DNA from: a virus | Length of the DNA stretch: 64,000 bases | Reading direction: 5' to 3' (one strand) | Virus record (IMG/VR): IMGVR_UViG_3300036770_005214 | Coordinates: 32,001 to 96,000 of that record | Shown here: piece after piece, positions 17,810 to 27,308 of the stretch | Numbering within the stretch: position 1 is the stretch's first letter | Layout of the letters: each line of letters opens with the position of its first letter | Program-made: the position numbers and the translations under genes | The notes under the pieces: model-generated | Told to the model about the DNA's origin: nothing | The model's database searches: none | Seen by the model: only the letters and a program-made list of their open reading frames with translations

Positions 17810-19743
17810 TGCTTCACTTCACAGAGTTGTCGACGACGGTTGGATGGAAGCCGGGGCGGTGGCAGGCCGTTCCGCTGGGTCCGCGGGTGGTGGTGATCGG
17901 CAAGAACACGGCCGGCAAGTCTCGGCTGATCACTGCCCTCTCGCTGCTCGTCTCGGGCAAGGCACCGGGTGAGGTGTTCGGAAAGGAGGCCGAGGTCGCG
18001 CTGAGCAGTGACCTCGCCATGCTCTACCCGACCGACGACACCGAGACCTGGGGCCGCACGAGCGACGGGCGCCGCTTGCAGCCGACCAAGGGAGGCTCCC
18101 CCTGGGTGCATCCCATCCGCCACATCACGGGCTCGCTGCGCAAGCCGAGCATCGCGGACACGTTCCTGGGCCAGTTTATCATCGACCCGAAGGCGGACGT
18201 CAGCGCGTTGATCCCGTCCTTCTATGCGGACGAGGCGAAGGCGAACAGCAGCCGCCCGAAGGTGCCGAGCACGGTCAACGAACTTCTCTCCGCCCTCTCT
18301 TCCGCGTCCGAGCACATCCGGGGGCTGAATCAGGCGGTGAAGCAGGCCGAAGACGGCCTCTCCAACAACAACGCCATCGCGGACGTATCAAACGACCAGA
18401 TCTCCGCCGCCGCAGCCCTCGTGCAAGCCCTGGAGCACGACCTAAGCACGGTGCAGCAGCGGACCGCCCTCGCGTCGACCCGCGAGCAGGCGATGCAGGC
18501 GAAGCAGCAGCGGGACAACCGCCTCGCCGAGATCGCCGAGCAGACCGCCCAGATGGAGCCGATGCTCGCGCAGTACGACGCGGAGATCGGTCGCGTCGAG
18601 GCGATGCGCCCGAGCTACGTCGATGCCGTCCGTCAGGCGGAGGTCGGGGCCAACGGCGACCTGTGGCGGGCCATGGCGGCGCTCGACGCGAACAACCCGC
18701 ACTCGCAAGGGTGCCCGGCCTGCGCGAGCAAGATCGATCGAAACGCGTGGCGGAACTGGGTCCAGTACAACGCCGAGCAGGCCGAGAACGCCGTCGTCAA
18801 CGCCCGCCGGGCGCTCTCCGACCTCGACGCCTACCTCGCCCAAGGCAAGACGGGCCGCAGCACGATTGGCGCCAAGTATGACGGGCTGAAGCGAGAGGAG
18901 ACCTGGATCGCCGGGCAGCCCCCGATTGTCATCCCCGAGGTCGGCAACGTGCCCGAGCGTGCGGAGGACGTGGAGAAGCTGCGGGCCGACCTCGCGCAGG
19001 CGAAGCGGGTCCACGCTGACCTCCTCAAGCAGAAGGGAGCGGCCGATCAGGTCGCGACACTCCGCGCTCGCTTGGTCCGCGCCGAGACGGACAGCGTGTG
19101 GTGGAAGGCGTGGCGGGACGCGCTCAACAGCGCCCATGGCATCCTCTTGTCGCGGGGCGTGGCCTCCTTCGAGCAACACGTCCAGCGGTACATGCCGACG
19201 CAGTACACCTTTCGCCTCATCTTGGAGAAGCCGCAGGGCGCTGCGACCTTCCGCTTCGGGCTCGAAACGGACGGCGATAAGCACATCATCGTGTCGGGTG
19301 CGCAGCGGGCGTTGATCTTGTTCGCCCTCGCGGCCACCTGCCTCGACCGCTTGCCCCCCGAGGACCGCCCGCAGATGCCCGTGCTGATGCTCGACGAAGA
19401 GCGGGCGATCGACGGCGAGCACCTGACCATGCTCATGCAGGCGCTCTCCGCCGCCCCCTATCAGGTGGTCGTGACGAGCATCGTGGGCCCGGTCAAGGCG
19501 GTGGACGGCTGGCAGGTGCTCGACCTGTCGACCGTCTCTCCCACGGGCGACGTGGCGCTCACCAGCGAGGTCAAGAAGACCCGCAAGCCGAGCACGCGGA
19601 AGAAGGCCGATGCCCTCGTGACCGCGGACCCGTACTTCGACGCCGGGCTCCCGCTCGCCTCCGGGGGCGTAGCCGCGCCATCCGACACCGTTCCGGCCGT
19701 CTCCGATGGCGAGTTGGACTCACTGATGCCGCGGCTTGTGTAG
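17809..19743 (+). CDS. Rad50/SbcC-like ABC ATPase with coiled coil and zinc hook
   Basis: Walker A GKNTAGKS, central CPAC between coiled coils, signature VSGAQ, Walker B LMLDEE. Confidence 0.85.
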   Translation: MLHFTELSTTVGWKPGRWQAVPLGPRVVVIGKNTAGKSRLITALSLLVSGKAPGEVFGKEAEVALSSDLAMLYPTDDTETWGRTSDGRRLQPTKGGSPWVHPIRHITGSLRKPSIADTFLGQFIIDPKADVSALIPSFYADEAKANSSRPKVPSTVNELLSALSSASEHIRGLNQAVKQAEDGLSNNNAIADVSNDQISAAAALVQALEHDLSTVQQRTALASTREQAMQAKQQRDNRLAEIAEQTAQMEPMLAQYDAEIGRVEAMRPSYVDAVRQAEVGANGDLWRAMAALDANNPHSQGCPACASKIDRNAWRNWVQYNAEQAENAVVNARRALSDLDAYLAQGKTGRSTIGAKYDGLKREETWIAGQPPIVIPEVGNVPERAEDVEKLRADLAQAKRVHADLLKQKGAADQVATLRARLVRAETDSVWWKAWRDALNSAHGILLSRGVASFEQHVQRYMPTQYTFRLILEKPQGAATFRFGLETDGDKHIIVSGAQRALILFALAATCLDRLPPEDRPQMPVLMLDEERAIDGEHLTMLMQALSAAPYQVVVTSIVGPVKAVDGWQVLDLSTVSPTGDVALTSEVKKTRKPSTRKKADALVTADPYFDAGLPLASGGVAAPSDTVPAVSDGELDSLMPRLV

Positions 19744-19803
19744 CGGTCGGGTGGACACACGCCGCCGCTCCCGGTAGGAAGGAAGGGGTATAAGGGGTCG
19801 AAA

Positions 19804-22800
19804 ATGAGCTACGCGGACGCACAACGCCGGAAGCACGCCTACCTGTCGTGGATGCTCCGCACAGGTCCCACCCAAGACCCCAAGCGGATGCCGAATCCGA
19901 AGTCCCTCTCTGCACCCTCCAGTCTCATCTGGACTGTCTTGAAGCGGGATGGGAAGTACCTCCCCTATGTGTCCAATGGGCATGTGCTCTTTCCCGGGAT
20001 CTACGACAAGGTGAAGGACGGTGCAAGTAAGCACTTGCACTACCCGAACGAGCAAGACCTCTACCGCCAACTGCACGAGATGGGTGAGGCGCGAAAACTG
20101 CCAGAATGGGCAGGGGAAGACTGGCACTACGTCTCTTCGGGAACAGTGGAGAGCTTGATCCGCGCCGCCGGGGAGGACGCAAACGTCCTTTCCAACCCGA
20201 ACATGGAAGCCCTGTTTCCGGTCCGACTTCGGGACACCGCGAACGGCAAGGAGATGGAGTTCGTTTGGCCGGTCGAGGTCTACGGAAGCCGGCCGGTGTC
20301 TGCTCTTCTGCGCCCCTACGCCGAGATGGTCACCCCCGTTCTGGGGAAGGTCACCAAAGCCTACCTCCCGCGCGGGGGCAGGTCCCCCTTCCGCTTCGAG
20401 AACGATGATGGCGAGGTGTTCCTTGTCATGCCCGCCAACCTTCCCATGACAGAAGAGGAGAGGGAAGCCAAGCGGCAAGTAGAGGAAGAAGAGAACCGCA
20501 AGCGCATGGAGCGTGCTGCCGAGGAGAAGCGGCAAGAAAAGGAGAGGAAGCGGCAGGAAGAGGAGAAGAAGGCCAAGCTCGAAGACACGGACGGCTACGC
20601 GGACCAGTTCGGCAAGCTACGCCGTGGGACCATCGTGAAGTCCCTGCTGGGAAAGATCCGAACCAACACCTTCGGGATCCTCTCTCTCCGAGATCTCATC
20701 CGCAAGCTGGTCAAGGAAGGCTACAGGGTCAAGGTCATCTCGGGAGATCGGGTCATCTCCAACGGTGAGGGTTTCTGGTGGGAGAAGGACCTGGGCAAGA
20801 TTTCCCTCGACTACGCCGAATGGTTGATCGAGAAAGGATACGGTCCTGCGCAGTCCGAACCCGAGCCCACCCCGAGCGACCTCCCTTCGCTGTCTCCCGA
20901 AGAAGAGGCACACTTGTTTGGCGAGGCCCCTGTTGAACCCGCACCAGCGGTCCCGCTCCCGGTGCAGTCGATCTCCCCGGTGACAAAGCACGTCAACGGC
21001 TTTCTCGCCTTCCTGGCGGCGCAGGGCATCTCCTACCCCTATGCGGCGTCCCTGTTGGCGGCGTCCAGTTGGTACAGCACGCACCGCGACCATCACCACC
21101 TTCCGATCGGCCCTTTCGATCCGCTCCCGCCCTTCAACCCCGAGATTGCCGAGCACCGCAAGCTGTCCCAGAAAGGGGTGGAGTATCAGATCGGGAAGTC
21201 CCCGATGTTGTTCCAGGGCTTCGACGGTCAACGCAAGGTCGCGCTCCTCCGAGAGCTAGGCGACCTCGCGCAAGTGGTCGCCTACGGAATCAACCTAAAG
21301 GTCCCTCTGACCGGCGCCTGCCTCGTCGTGGGGCTTGTGCCTCTCCTAGAGGACCGTTGGGCTGCGGCCGGCTATTCGGAGGGCGACGTCGAGTTGTCCG
21401 AGGCCGCCGTCCGCGAGTACCCCTGGCTCTGGAAGCACCTCAAGAAGCGCCTCACCACAGCACCCGTCACCGAGCCCAGCGTGGGCCCGATCGATATGCC
21501 CGATATGCCGGCGGGCACCACGGCCCCCGAAGAGCCCATGGGGCAACTCTACGAACCCGAGCCCTACTACACGGACACGCCCGAGCCCGAACCGGAGCCC
21601 GAACCGGAGCCCGAGCCGGAACCGGAGCCCGAGCCGGAGCCCGGGCCTCCCCGCATCTCCAATGAAGCAGTGTACCACGCCGGAGTTAAGCCGCTGACTC
21701 CGACCCAGCAGCCGGGTGTAGCACTTGCGTCGGACGGAAGCGTCGTCACGCTCACAAACGAGTACGTCAGGCAGCAGCGGGCGACCATGCAGCCGCCTCC
21801 TGGGGAAGCGAACGTACTGAAGCAGCACATCCGCTACAATCCTCCTTACGATGACCCGCAGGTCATCGACAACGCCAGGGTGACGGGCAAAGCCCAGGTC
21901 TCTGACCACGCCACGATCTCCGGGAACGCCCAAGTGTGGGACATCGCGAGCGTGCGAGGTCGGGCGACGGTGACCGACAACGCCAAGGTCTTTGGGGGCG
22001 CCAAGGTGTTCGGCAAAGCCACCATCTCTGGCAACGCTGTCGTCACCGACAGCGCCGAGGTCTGGGACAACGCCGTCGTGACCGAGGATGCCCACATCAT
22101 CGGCAACGCCAAGGTGTTCGGGGACGCGCATATCAGTGGAAAGGCCACGCTGGTCGGCGGTCGGGTGACCGGTAACGCTCGGATCGGCGGGGATGCGCAA
22201 ATCCTCGGGGGCCTTTGGGATGGCTCGGAAGGGGAGATCACCACGGGGATGTGGCACTCGCCGCCCAAGCCCGCCTCTGATGCGCCTCGCAGCGTCGCCC
22301 AACAAGCGGTGGAAGACCTGATCGAAGGCGTCCGCCGAATCGTCGGCGACTACCAGACGACCGGTAAAAGGGAGATTGGGCGGTTCAACAATGAGCTAGT
22401 CCGCCTCGAATGGCGGCGTCTCCGCCCGGGGCAGAAGGCGCGTAGCTACGATCCGCCTGTACCCTATGTCACCTTTGTTATCGGCTGTGACTCCAAGCCG
22501 ATGACGCGGAATGGGGCGTTTCCGAGTTGGAAGCAAGGGGAGGAGCCGGTTGGCAAGCTCTCGGTCGGCGCCAGTGCTCCTTCCGGCTCGTGGGGTCTTC
22601 TGGGGCCGCCCTCACAGATGTCGCCTTACGTCACCCCGGACGGCGGGATGGCGGGACTAAAGCAAGCGATCGACCACATCTTCAAGTGGTTTGAGAGGAA
22701 CAAGAAGGCACTCATCGGTGACTCGCCTCTGCCTGCCCCTTCGGCCCCCGCCGACCCCAACCGCAGCGTTGCTCGGCAGGCGGCTGACGACCTGATCGAA

Positions 22801-23664
22801 GGCATCCGGGGGACCGTCGGCGACTACCGGCTGACCGCAAAGCCGGTGACGTTGATCGGAAGCGAATCCATCCTGCTCGACTGGTATCGCCTGCGCCCAG
22901 GGGAGATCCCTGCGCAGAACATCGTCGAGAACGCGCCTGGGTTCCGCATCCGTGTCTCCCTCGCCGACGACGGCATGTGGAGCCCGGGTCAGGCGCCGAA
23001 GGGGAAGATCAAGGTCCAGATGGTCGCCGTTCACGGCTCGCGAGAGGGCTGGGGGCCCAACGGCACGCCCAACATGCGGGCCTACACCACCACCCGCGTT
23101 GGCGTCGAGGGTCTGGAGCAAGCGGTCGCTTACATCCTCAAGTGGTTCCACGGCAACACGAAAGTCCTCGTCGAGGGGCCGCCCGGAGGCTACGCGCCGA
23201 AGCCGAAGCCGACGGAAGGGGCGCCTCCCGTGGTGCGCGAGGTCCAGCGGGTGCGATACTCGACCGGCGGGCCGAAGGTCTACATCGTCGAGAACCCCGC
23301 CCTTGGGATGGAAGACTCCCTCGACTTCGCCACGATCGGCGAGGCGGAGGAGTTTCTGTCCCGCGCGCACAAGGGCGACAAGAACGTGCGGGTGTACGTC
23401 CGCCTGACGTGGCCGGACGGCGCCAACTATGCCGACGAGGTGGAGTGGCCCCGCCAGCAGATCTCCCCCGCCCTCCGCGGCCATCTGGAGCGCAACCTGA
23501 AGGACGACCCGCGCACCGCAGCGGCACGTCAGATGAAGGCTGCCGCACGCCGGATGACCGTGGAAGAACTGGACGCCGAAGCCCGTGGTTTCTTGGACCG
23601 CGATTGGGGGGTGTCCACGGAGTCCATGCGGGCGTATCGTCGGCAGTGGAAGGGGGGAAGGTGA
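19804..23664 (+). CDS. Large multidomain (polyvalent-type) protein with hexapeptide beta-helix, PE linker and duplicated domain
   Basis: 1286 aa; (PE)n; xxNAxV hexapeptide repeats; two copies of RSVAxQAxxDLIEGxRxxVGDY...KWF. Confidence 0.8.
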   Translation: MSYADAQRRKHAYLSWMLRTGPTQDPKRMPNPKSLSAPSSLIWTVLKRDGKYLPYVSNGHVLFPGIYDKVKDGASKHLHYPNEQDLYRQLHEMGEARKLPEWAGEDWHYVSSGTVESLIRAAGEDANVLSNPNMEALFPVRLRDTANGKEMEFVWPVEVYGSRPVSALLRPYAEMVTPVLGKVTKAYLPRGGRSPFRFENDDGEVFLVMPANLPMTEEEREAKRQVEEEENRKRMERAAEEKRQEKERKRQEEEKKAKLEDTDGYADQFGKLRRGTIVKSLLGKIRTNTFGILSLRDLIRKLVKEGYRVKVISGDRVISNGEGFWWEKDLGKISLDYAEWLIEKGYGPAQSEPEPTPSDLPSLSPEEEAHLFGEAPVEPAPAVPLPVQSISPVTKHVNGFLAFLAAQGISYPYAASLLAASSWYSTHRDHHHLPIGPFDPLPPFNPEIAEHRKLSQKGVEYQIGKSPMLFQGFDGQRKVALLRELGDLAQVVAYGINLKVPLTGACLVVGLVPLLEDRWAAAGYSEGDVELSEAAVREYPWLWKHLKKRLTTAPVTEPSVGPIDMPDMPAGTTAPEEPMGQLYEPEPYYTDTPEPEPEPEPEPEPEPEPEPEPGPPRISNEAVYHAGVKPLTPTQQPGVALASDGSVVTLTNEYVRQQRATMQPPPGEANVLKQHIRYNPPYDDPQVIDNARVTGKAQVSDHATISGNAQVWDIASVRGRATVTDNAKVFGGAKVFGKATISGNAVVTDSAEVWDNAVVTEDAHIIGNAKVFGDAHISGKATLVGGRVTGNARIGGDAQILGGLWDGSEGEITTGMWHSPPKPASDAPRSVAQQAVEDLIEGVRRIVGDYQTTGKREIGRFNNELVRLEWRRLRPGQKARSYDPPVPYVTFVIGCDSKPMTRNGAFPSWKQGEEPVGKLSVGASAPSGSWGLLGPPSQMSPYVTPDGGMAGLKQAIDHIFKWFERNKKALIGDSPLPAPSAPADPNRSVARQAADDLIEGIRGTVGDYRLTAKPVTLIGSESILLDWYRLRPGEIPAQNIVENAPGFRIRVSLADDGMWSPGQAPKGKIKVQMVAVHGSREGWGPNGTPNMRAYTTTRVGVEGLEQAVAYILKWFHGNTKVLVEGPPGGYAPKPKPTEGAPPVVREVQRVRYSTGGPKVYIVENPALGMEDSLDFATIGEAEEFLSRAHKGDKNVRVYVRLTWPDGANYADEVEWPRQQISPALRGHLERNLKDDPRTAAARQMKAAARRMTVEELDAEARGFLDRDWGVSTESMRAYRRQWKGGR
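21580..21642 (+). repeat. (Pro-Glu)n coding repeat
   Basis: ccsgar repeated about 10 times. Confidence 0.9.
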
Positions 23665-24083
23665 CAGCAGGTGAGTGCTATCAAATCGATCTCGGGAGGC
23701 AACGGATTGACTCGAAAGGCTGGGGGGTGAGCCTTTCGATGCAGCCGGGTACGACGCTGGAGGGCGTGTACCTCATCGTCTCCAAGAGCAAGGGCAAGAC
23801 CCGAGCGATGATCAAGGCGGACGGGCGTGTCCAGGTCTGCCGGACCTACACGCTGGAAGCGCAGAACCAGCACGCCATCCCCCGGTTCGATGGCAAGCCG
23901 TCGAGCATCTACCAGTACGGCCTCGACTGCACAGACGAGAGCGGCCGGCACATCTTCCGGGGGTCGACGCTCGCCATCGCCCTGGAGCAGCCCGACGGGC
24001 CGCCTGCGGAGGCGCTGGTGCTCGTGCGATGGCTCGGGCGTCCAGGTGCGGTCCGCGTTCTTTGCATGAGCGACGAGAACTAG
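23661..24083 (+). CDS. Hypothetical protein
   Basis: GTGA overlap start, 140 aa. Confidence 0.6.
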   Translation: MTAGECYQIDLGRQRIDSKGWGVSLSMQPGTTLEGVYLIVSKSKGKTRAMIKADGRVQVCRTYTLEAQNQHAIPRFDGKPSSIYQYGLDCTDESGRHIFRGSTLAIALEQPDGPPAEALVLVRWLGRPGAVRVLCMSDEN

Positions 24084-26809
24084 CGGACCCGGACGAAATC
24101 CAGACCTCCAAGTCCTTTATTCCCTTCGATGATGGCGCGGGCTTCCCGCATCGTCCGGGCAGCATCGGGCTGGATGGGCTCGGGCATCGGGCGGGTGCTC
24201 GCGAGCATGACCTCGATAGCCACCTGGGGGTTGGTGCGGAGCATCTGCACCATCTGGCCCCAGCCTGTCTCGGTGACGCCCGCGGGCCAGTTTGCCGGGC
24301 CCAGCTTGGCGAGCCAATCCGCGAACCGCTGTGCGGCCTCGTGCTGGTCAAGGCGTTGCAGGAGGGTGTGAATGGCCCCCTCGTCCCGCTTGAACCAGTC
24401 GCGGTAGTGGAGCACATCGCGATTCAGCTTCTCGACCTTCGCCCGGTACTCCTCAAGCTCCTTCCGGGTCTGGGCCAACTCCGCCGCCGTCTTGGTGTCG
24501 ACGGTCGACTTCGGCGCCTTCAGCTTGTAGACCTTGCTCACCATCTTGATGATCAGGGGCAGGGCCGGCGCCGCGTTGAAGCCCAGGTCCTCGCGGGCGC
24601 GGGAGAAGTCGTCGTTATGGCCCCTGCCGAGTCGAGGGACGTGTGCGATCTCGTGGGCGGCGATGTTGAACAGGTACGACGCCCAGAGGTCCGGCCGGTT
24701 CGGGTAGAGCTTCTGGTAGTCGTCGAACATGAGGGGGTTCACGCAGACATACGTCCGCATCCCCTTGTCCGTCTTGACCGCGAGCGCCATCCCCCGCGTT
24801 CCATCCTCCAGCACGAACCCGGGCTGGAAGTTCTGTGGCATACGAGCGCCATGGGTCAGCAGGCGCAGCGTCGAGTCCCAGCACGCGAGCAGCGGGACGT
24901 ACCGCTTGATGTTCTTCTTGAACGCCTTGACCTTCTCGGGAGCCATCTTCCGGGAGATTCGGATGAACGCTCGATTGCCGAACGGGTTGATCTTGTCGCG
25001 GGCCTTCTTGACCTCGGCCTGCCCGGCGGGCTCGGTGACGCGAACCACCGCATCGGCGAGCGCGCTCACCGCGGCGGCCTGGGTCATCCCCGTGGGTCCG
25101 CCCCCCAAGCCCCCTTGCACGAGAGCGGTGTCAATGTCTTTGATGAGGCCCAGGATGACCTTCGTATCGCCGGCGGTCGGCGTGTCCCCGTGCGAGAGGT
25201 TGCTCAGGATGGTCTGCACCTCGGTCGGGGGCGCGGCGGTCCCGGTGGCGTCGAGCAACGCGTTCAACACCCGTGCAATATCGGCGGGGTCCGTGGTGGT
25301 GCTGGCGATCTCCGTCGCCTTGTCAAACACCGTCTCGGGCTTCGGAGGCGGCTCCGCGCCCTCCTCTTCGGGTGCATACTGCGCCGGGTCGTTGGTGTAG
25401 CGGGCCATATCGGCCATCACCTCGCGCATATCCGGGGAGAGGCCGCTCACCGCCTCTTGGATCGCATCGTCCACGGCCGCCGCGCCCTTGCGCTCGGACT
25501 CGTCTGCGGCGTCGGGCAGAATGTCCTCCCACTCCGCCTTCTCTTTCTTCTCCTTGGCGAGCGCCTGCTTCTGCCCCTCTTCGCTGGCGAGGGTCGAGCG
25601 GACGGTGCTGTAGCTCTCCATCGCGTTCGGATCGACGAACGAGTCTCGCGAGACGCGAAGGGGGTAGCCGGGGCTGTCGGGAGCCACGCCACGGGCCAGC
25701 GCAATATCGAAGAAGATGTCGCGATTGAGGGTGTTGTAGTCCTTGTCCGCGTGCTGGACGAGGTAGCAGGTTCCCCAAGGGGTCGTCTTGCGAAGGCGCA
25801 AGATCATGCGGTTGAAGTTGCTGGCGTACCCTTCCCGCTTGGCATCGAACATGCGAATGTCGACCGTCGCCGAAGGCGGGTCCGTCGCCGACCAGGACAG
25901 CGACTCCCACTCCGAGGTCGACGACGAACGCTGGCCTTCGTACAGAAACTCGACGGGGGCGCCGTTCAACGTGATGCTGACCCCCGGGATCTTGTTCAAC
26001 GCAAGCATCCCCCGGATGCGCTCATCGACCCAACTGGAAGTAAGGGTGTAGGGGGTCGACAGGTATGTGTTGGGGACGCCGTAAGCCACCACCTCGACGC
26101 CTTGGATGAAGGTGTCCGAGGTGAAGACGTCATACTGCTGCTTCGGGTTGGTGCTCGGGGACCGGATCTCCACATACCCCGTGCGGACACGCCAGCCCTC
26201 TTTGCCCGCGCCAAGGATGACGGCCTTGGCGGCGCCGAAGCCCCCAAACGCATCCCCTTCCTTCTGCGACCCGCCAAGGGTCAGGAACTTGCGGAGGCGC
26301 GGCGTAAGGGGCGCTGCCTTCGAGGGGCGGAAGGAGCGGTCGGCCATGCCGATCCCGTTGTCCGTCATCGTCAGCGTGCCCTTTTCGTAGCTATCGTCCG
26401 GCTCCCACTTGACCGCGAAGCTGGGCGAGAACCCAGACTCGGGCTCTTTCCGATGCCGCTCGGCGAGCCCGTCCAGGCTGTTCTGGAGGGCTTCGCGGAC
26501 CGCGAGCACGGGGAGGTCGCCGCCGGCGTAGAACTTCTCGGTCAGCAGCGCCCACATGCGGGGCGCGTCCACTTCGAGCACGCCGCCGCCCACGGCCTCC
26601 ATGCGGTCGATCGCGGCCATCGCCCCCCGGTGGTGGCTTCCGCACGAGCAGCCGCCCCGAGCGTAGCTGCGAAGCGCCTGCGCGATCGGAGCGTGCATCC
26701 CGAGACGCCCCGCGGCGACGGGCCCATCTCCCACAGACAAGCGGTCCACGGTCCGAGCGGGGAGGGCAAAGTCGAACGTGAACTGACGGGTCGCAGACAT
26801 CGCTTCCAC
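24080..26809 (-). CDS. GHKL (HSP90/MORC-like) ATPase fused to HExxH zincin-like metallopeptidase and coiled coil
   Basis: VREALQNSLD, TDNGIGM, GGFGAAK (Bergerat motifs); AAHEIAH...GHNDDF. Confidence 0.8.
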   Translation of the reverse strand: MEAMSATRQFTFDFALPARTVDRLSVGDGPVAAGRLGMHAPIAQALRSYARGGCSCGSHHRGAMAAIDRMEAVGGGVLEVDAPRMWALLTEKFYAGGDLPVLAVREALQNSLDGLAERHRKEPESGFSPSFAVKWEPDDSYEKGTLTMTDNGIGMADRSFRPSKAAPLTPRLRKFLTLGGSQKEGDAFGGFGAAKAVILGAGKEGWRVRTGYVEIRSPSTNPKQQYDVFTSDTFIQGVEVVAYGVPNTYLSTPYTLTSSWVDERIRGMLALNKIPGVSITLNGAPVEFLYEGQRSSSTSEWESLSWSATDPPSATVDIRMFDAKREGYASNFNRMILRLRKTTPWGTCYLVQHADKDYNTLNRDIFFDIALARGVAPDSPGYPLRVSRDSFVDPNAMESYSTVRSTLASEEGQKQALAKEKKEKAEWEDILPDAADESERKGAAAVDDAIQEAVSGLSPDMREVMADMARYTNDPAQYAPEEEGAEPPPKPETVFDKATEIASTTTDPADIARVLNALLDATGTAAPPTEVQTILSNLSHGDTPTAGDTKVILGLIKDIDTALVQGGLGGGPTGMTQAAAVSALADAVVRVTEPAGQAEVKKARDKINPFGNRAFIRISRKMAPEKVKAFKKNIKRYVPLLACWDSTLRLLTHGARMPQNFQPGFVLEDGTRGMALAVKTDKGMRTYVCVNPLMFDDYQKLYPNRPDLWASYLFNIAAHEIAHVPRLGRGHNDDFSRAREDLGFNAAPALPLIIKMVSKVYKLKAPKSTVDTKTAAELAQTRKELEEYRAKVEKLNRDVLHYRDWFKRDEGAIHTLLQRLDQHEAAQRFADWLAKLGPANWPAGVTETGWGQMVQMLRTNPQVAIEVMLASTRPMPEPIQPDAARTMREARAIIEGNKGLGGLDFVRVR

Positions 26810-26853
26810 CTCGGCACAGGTCTACCCCATGCGACCCTTCCGATCCAGCCTTC

Positions 26854-27300
26854 CTATCGGCGGAGGCGAGGCCGCATCGCGGGGAACACCTTGGGAGGCA
26901 CGATGACCTCGCGCACGCCGAGGCCCGGATCGCGGTGCTGGTCGGTCGTCTCGACGCGGCTACGCCATGCGGAGAGGCGCTGGTCCTCTTCGATGACGCG
27001 CAGCCACGAGTAGTTTCGATTGTCGAGAAGGAGCCCCAGGACCTCCGACTGCTCGGTCTCTGGCACGTCGTAGTACCGGAAGAGGTAGTACAAGGTGTGC
27101 TGGCTCGGCGTGCGGGCGCCGCCCTCGTAGGACTTGATCGTGATGGTGGCGACGCCCATCGCCCGCGCGGCCTTGACCTGCCGGACCCCTTTGCGGGCCC
27201 GCCACTCGCGCAGTAGCTCCGCGAGACGCAGATAGCGCACGTTCTGTTGTTCGATCTCCGCTAACGCTTCCGCGACCACCGGATCGAGCGCCGTCTCCAT
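26854..27300 (-). CDS. XRE-family helix-turn-helix protein
   Basis: LREWRARKGVRQVKAARAMGVATITIKSYEGGARTP; start ATG 27300 after AGGAGGAAGG. Confidence 0.85.
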   Translation of the reverse strand: METALDPVVAEALAEIEQQNVRYLRLAELLREWRARKGVRQVKAARAMGVATITIKSYEGGARTPSQHTLYYLFRYYDVPETEQSEVLGLLLDNRNYSWLRVIEEDQRLSAWRSRVETTDQHRDPGLGVREVIVPPKVFPAMRPRLRR

Positions 27301-27308
27301 CCTTCCTC

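Noticed and set aside
24029-27013. 994-aa + strand ORF
   Set aside because: Antisense shadow of the GHKL-protease gene; no motifs; expected in high-GC DNA
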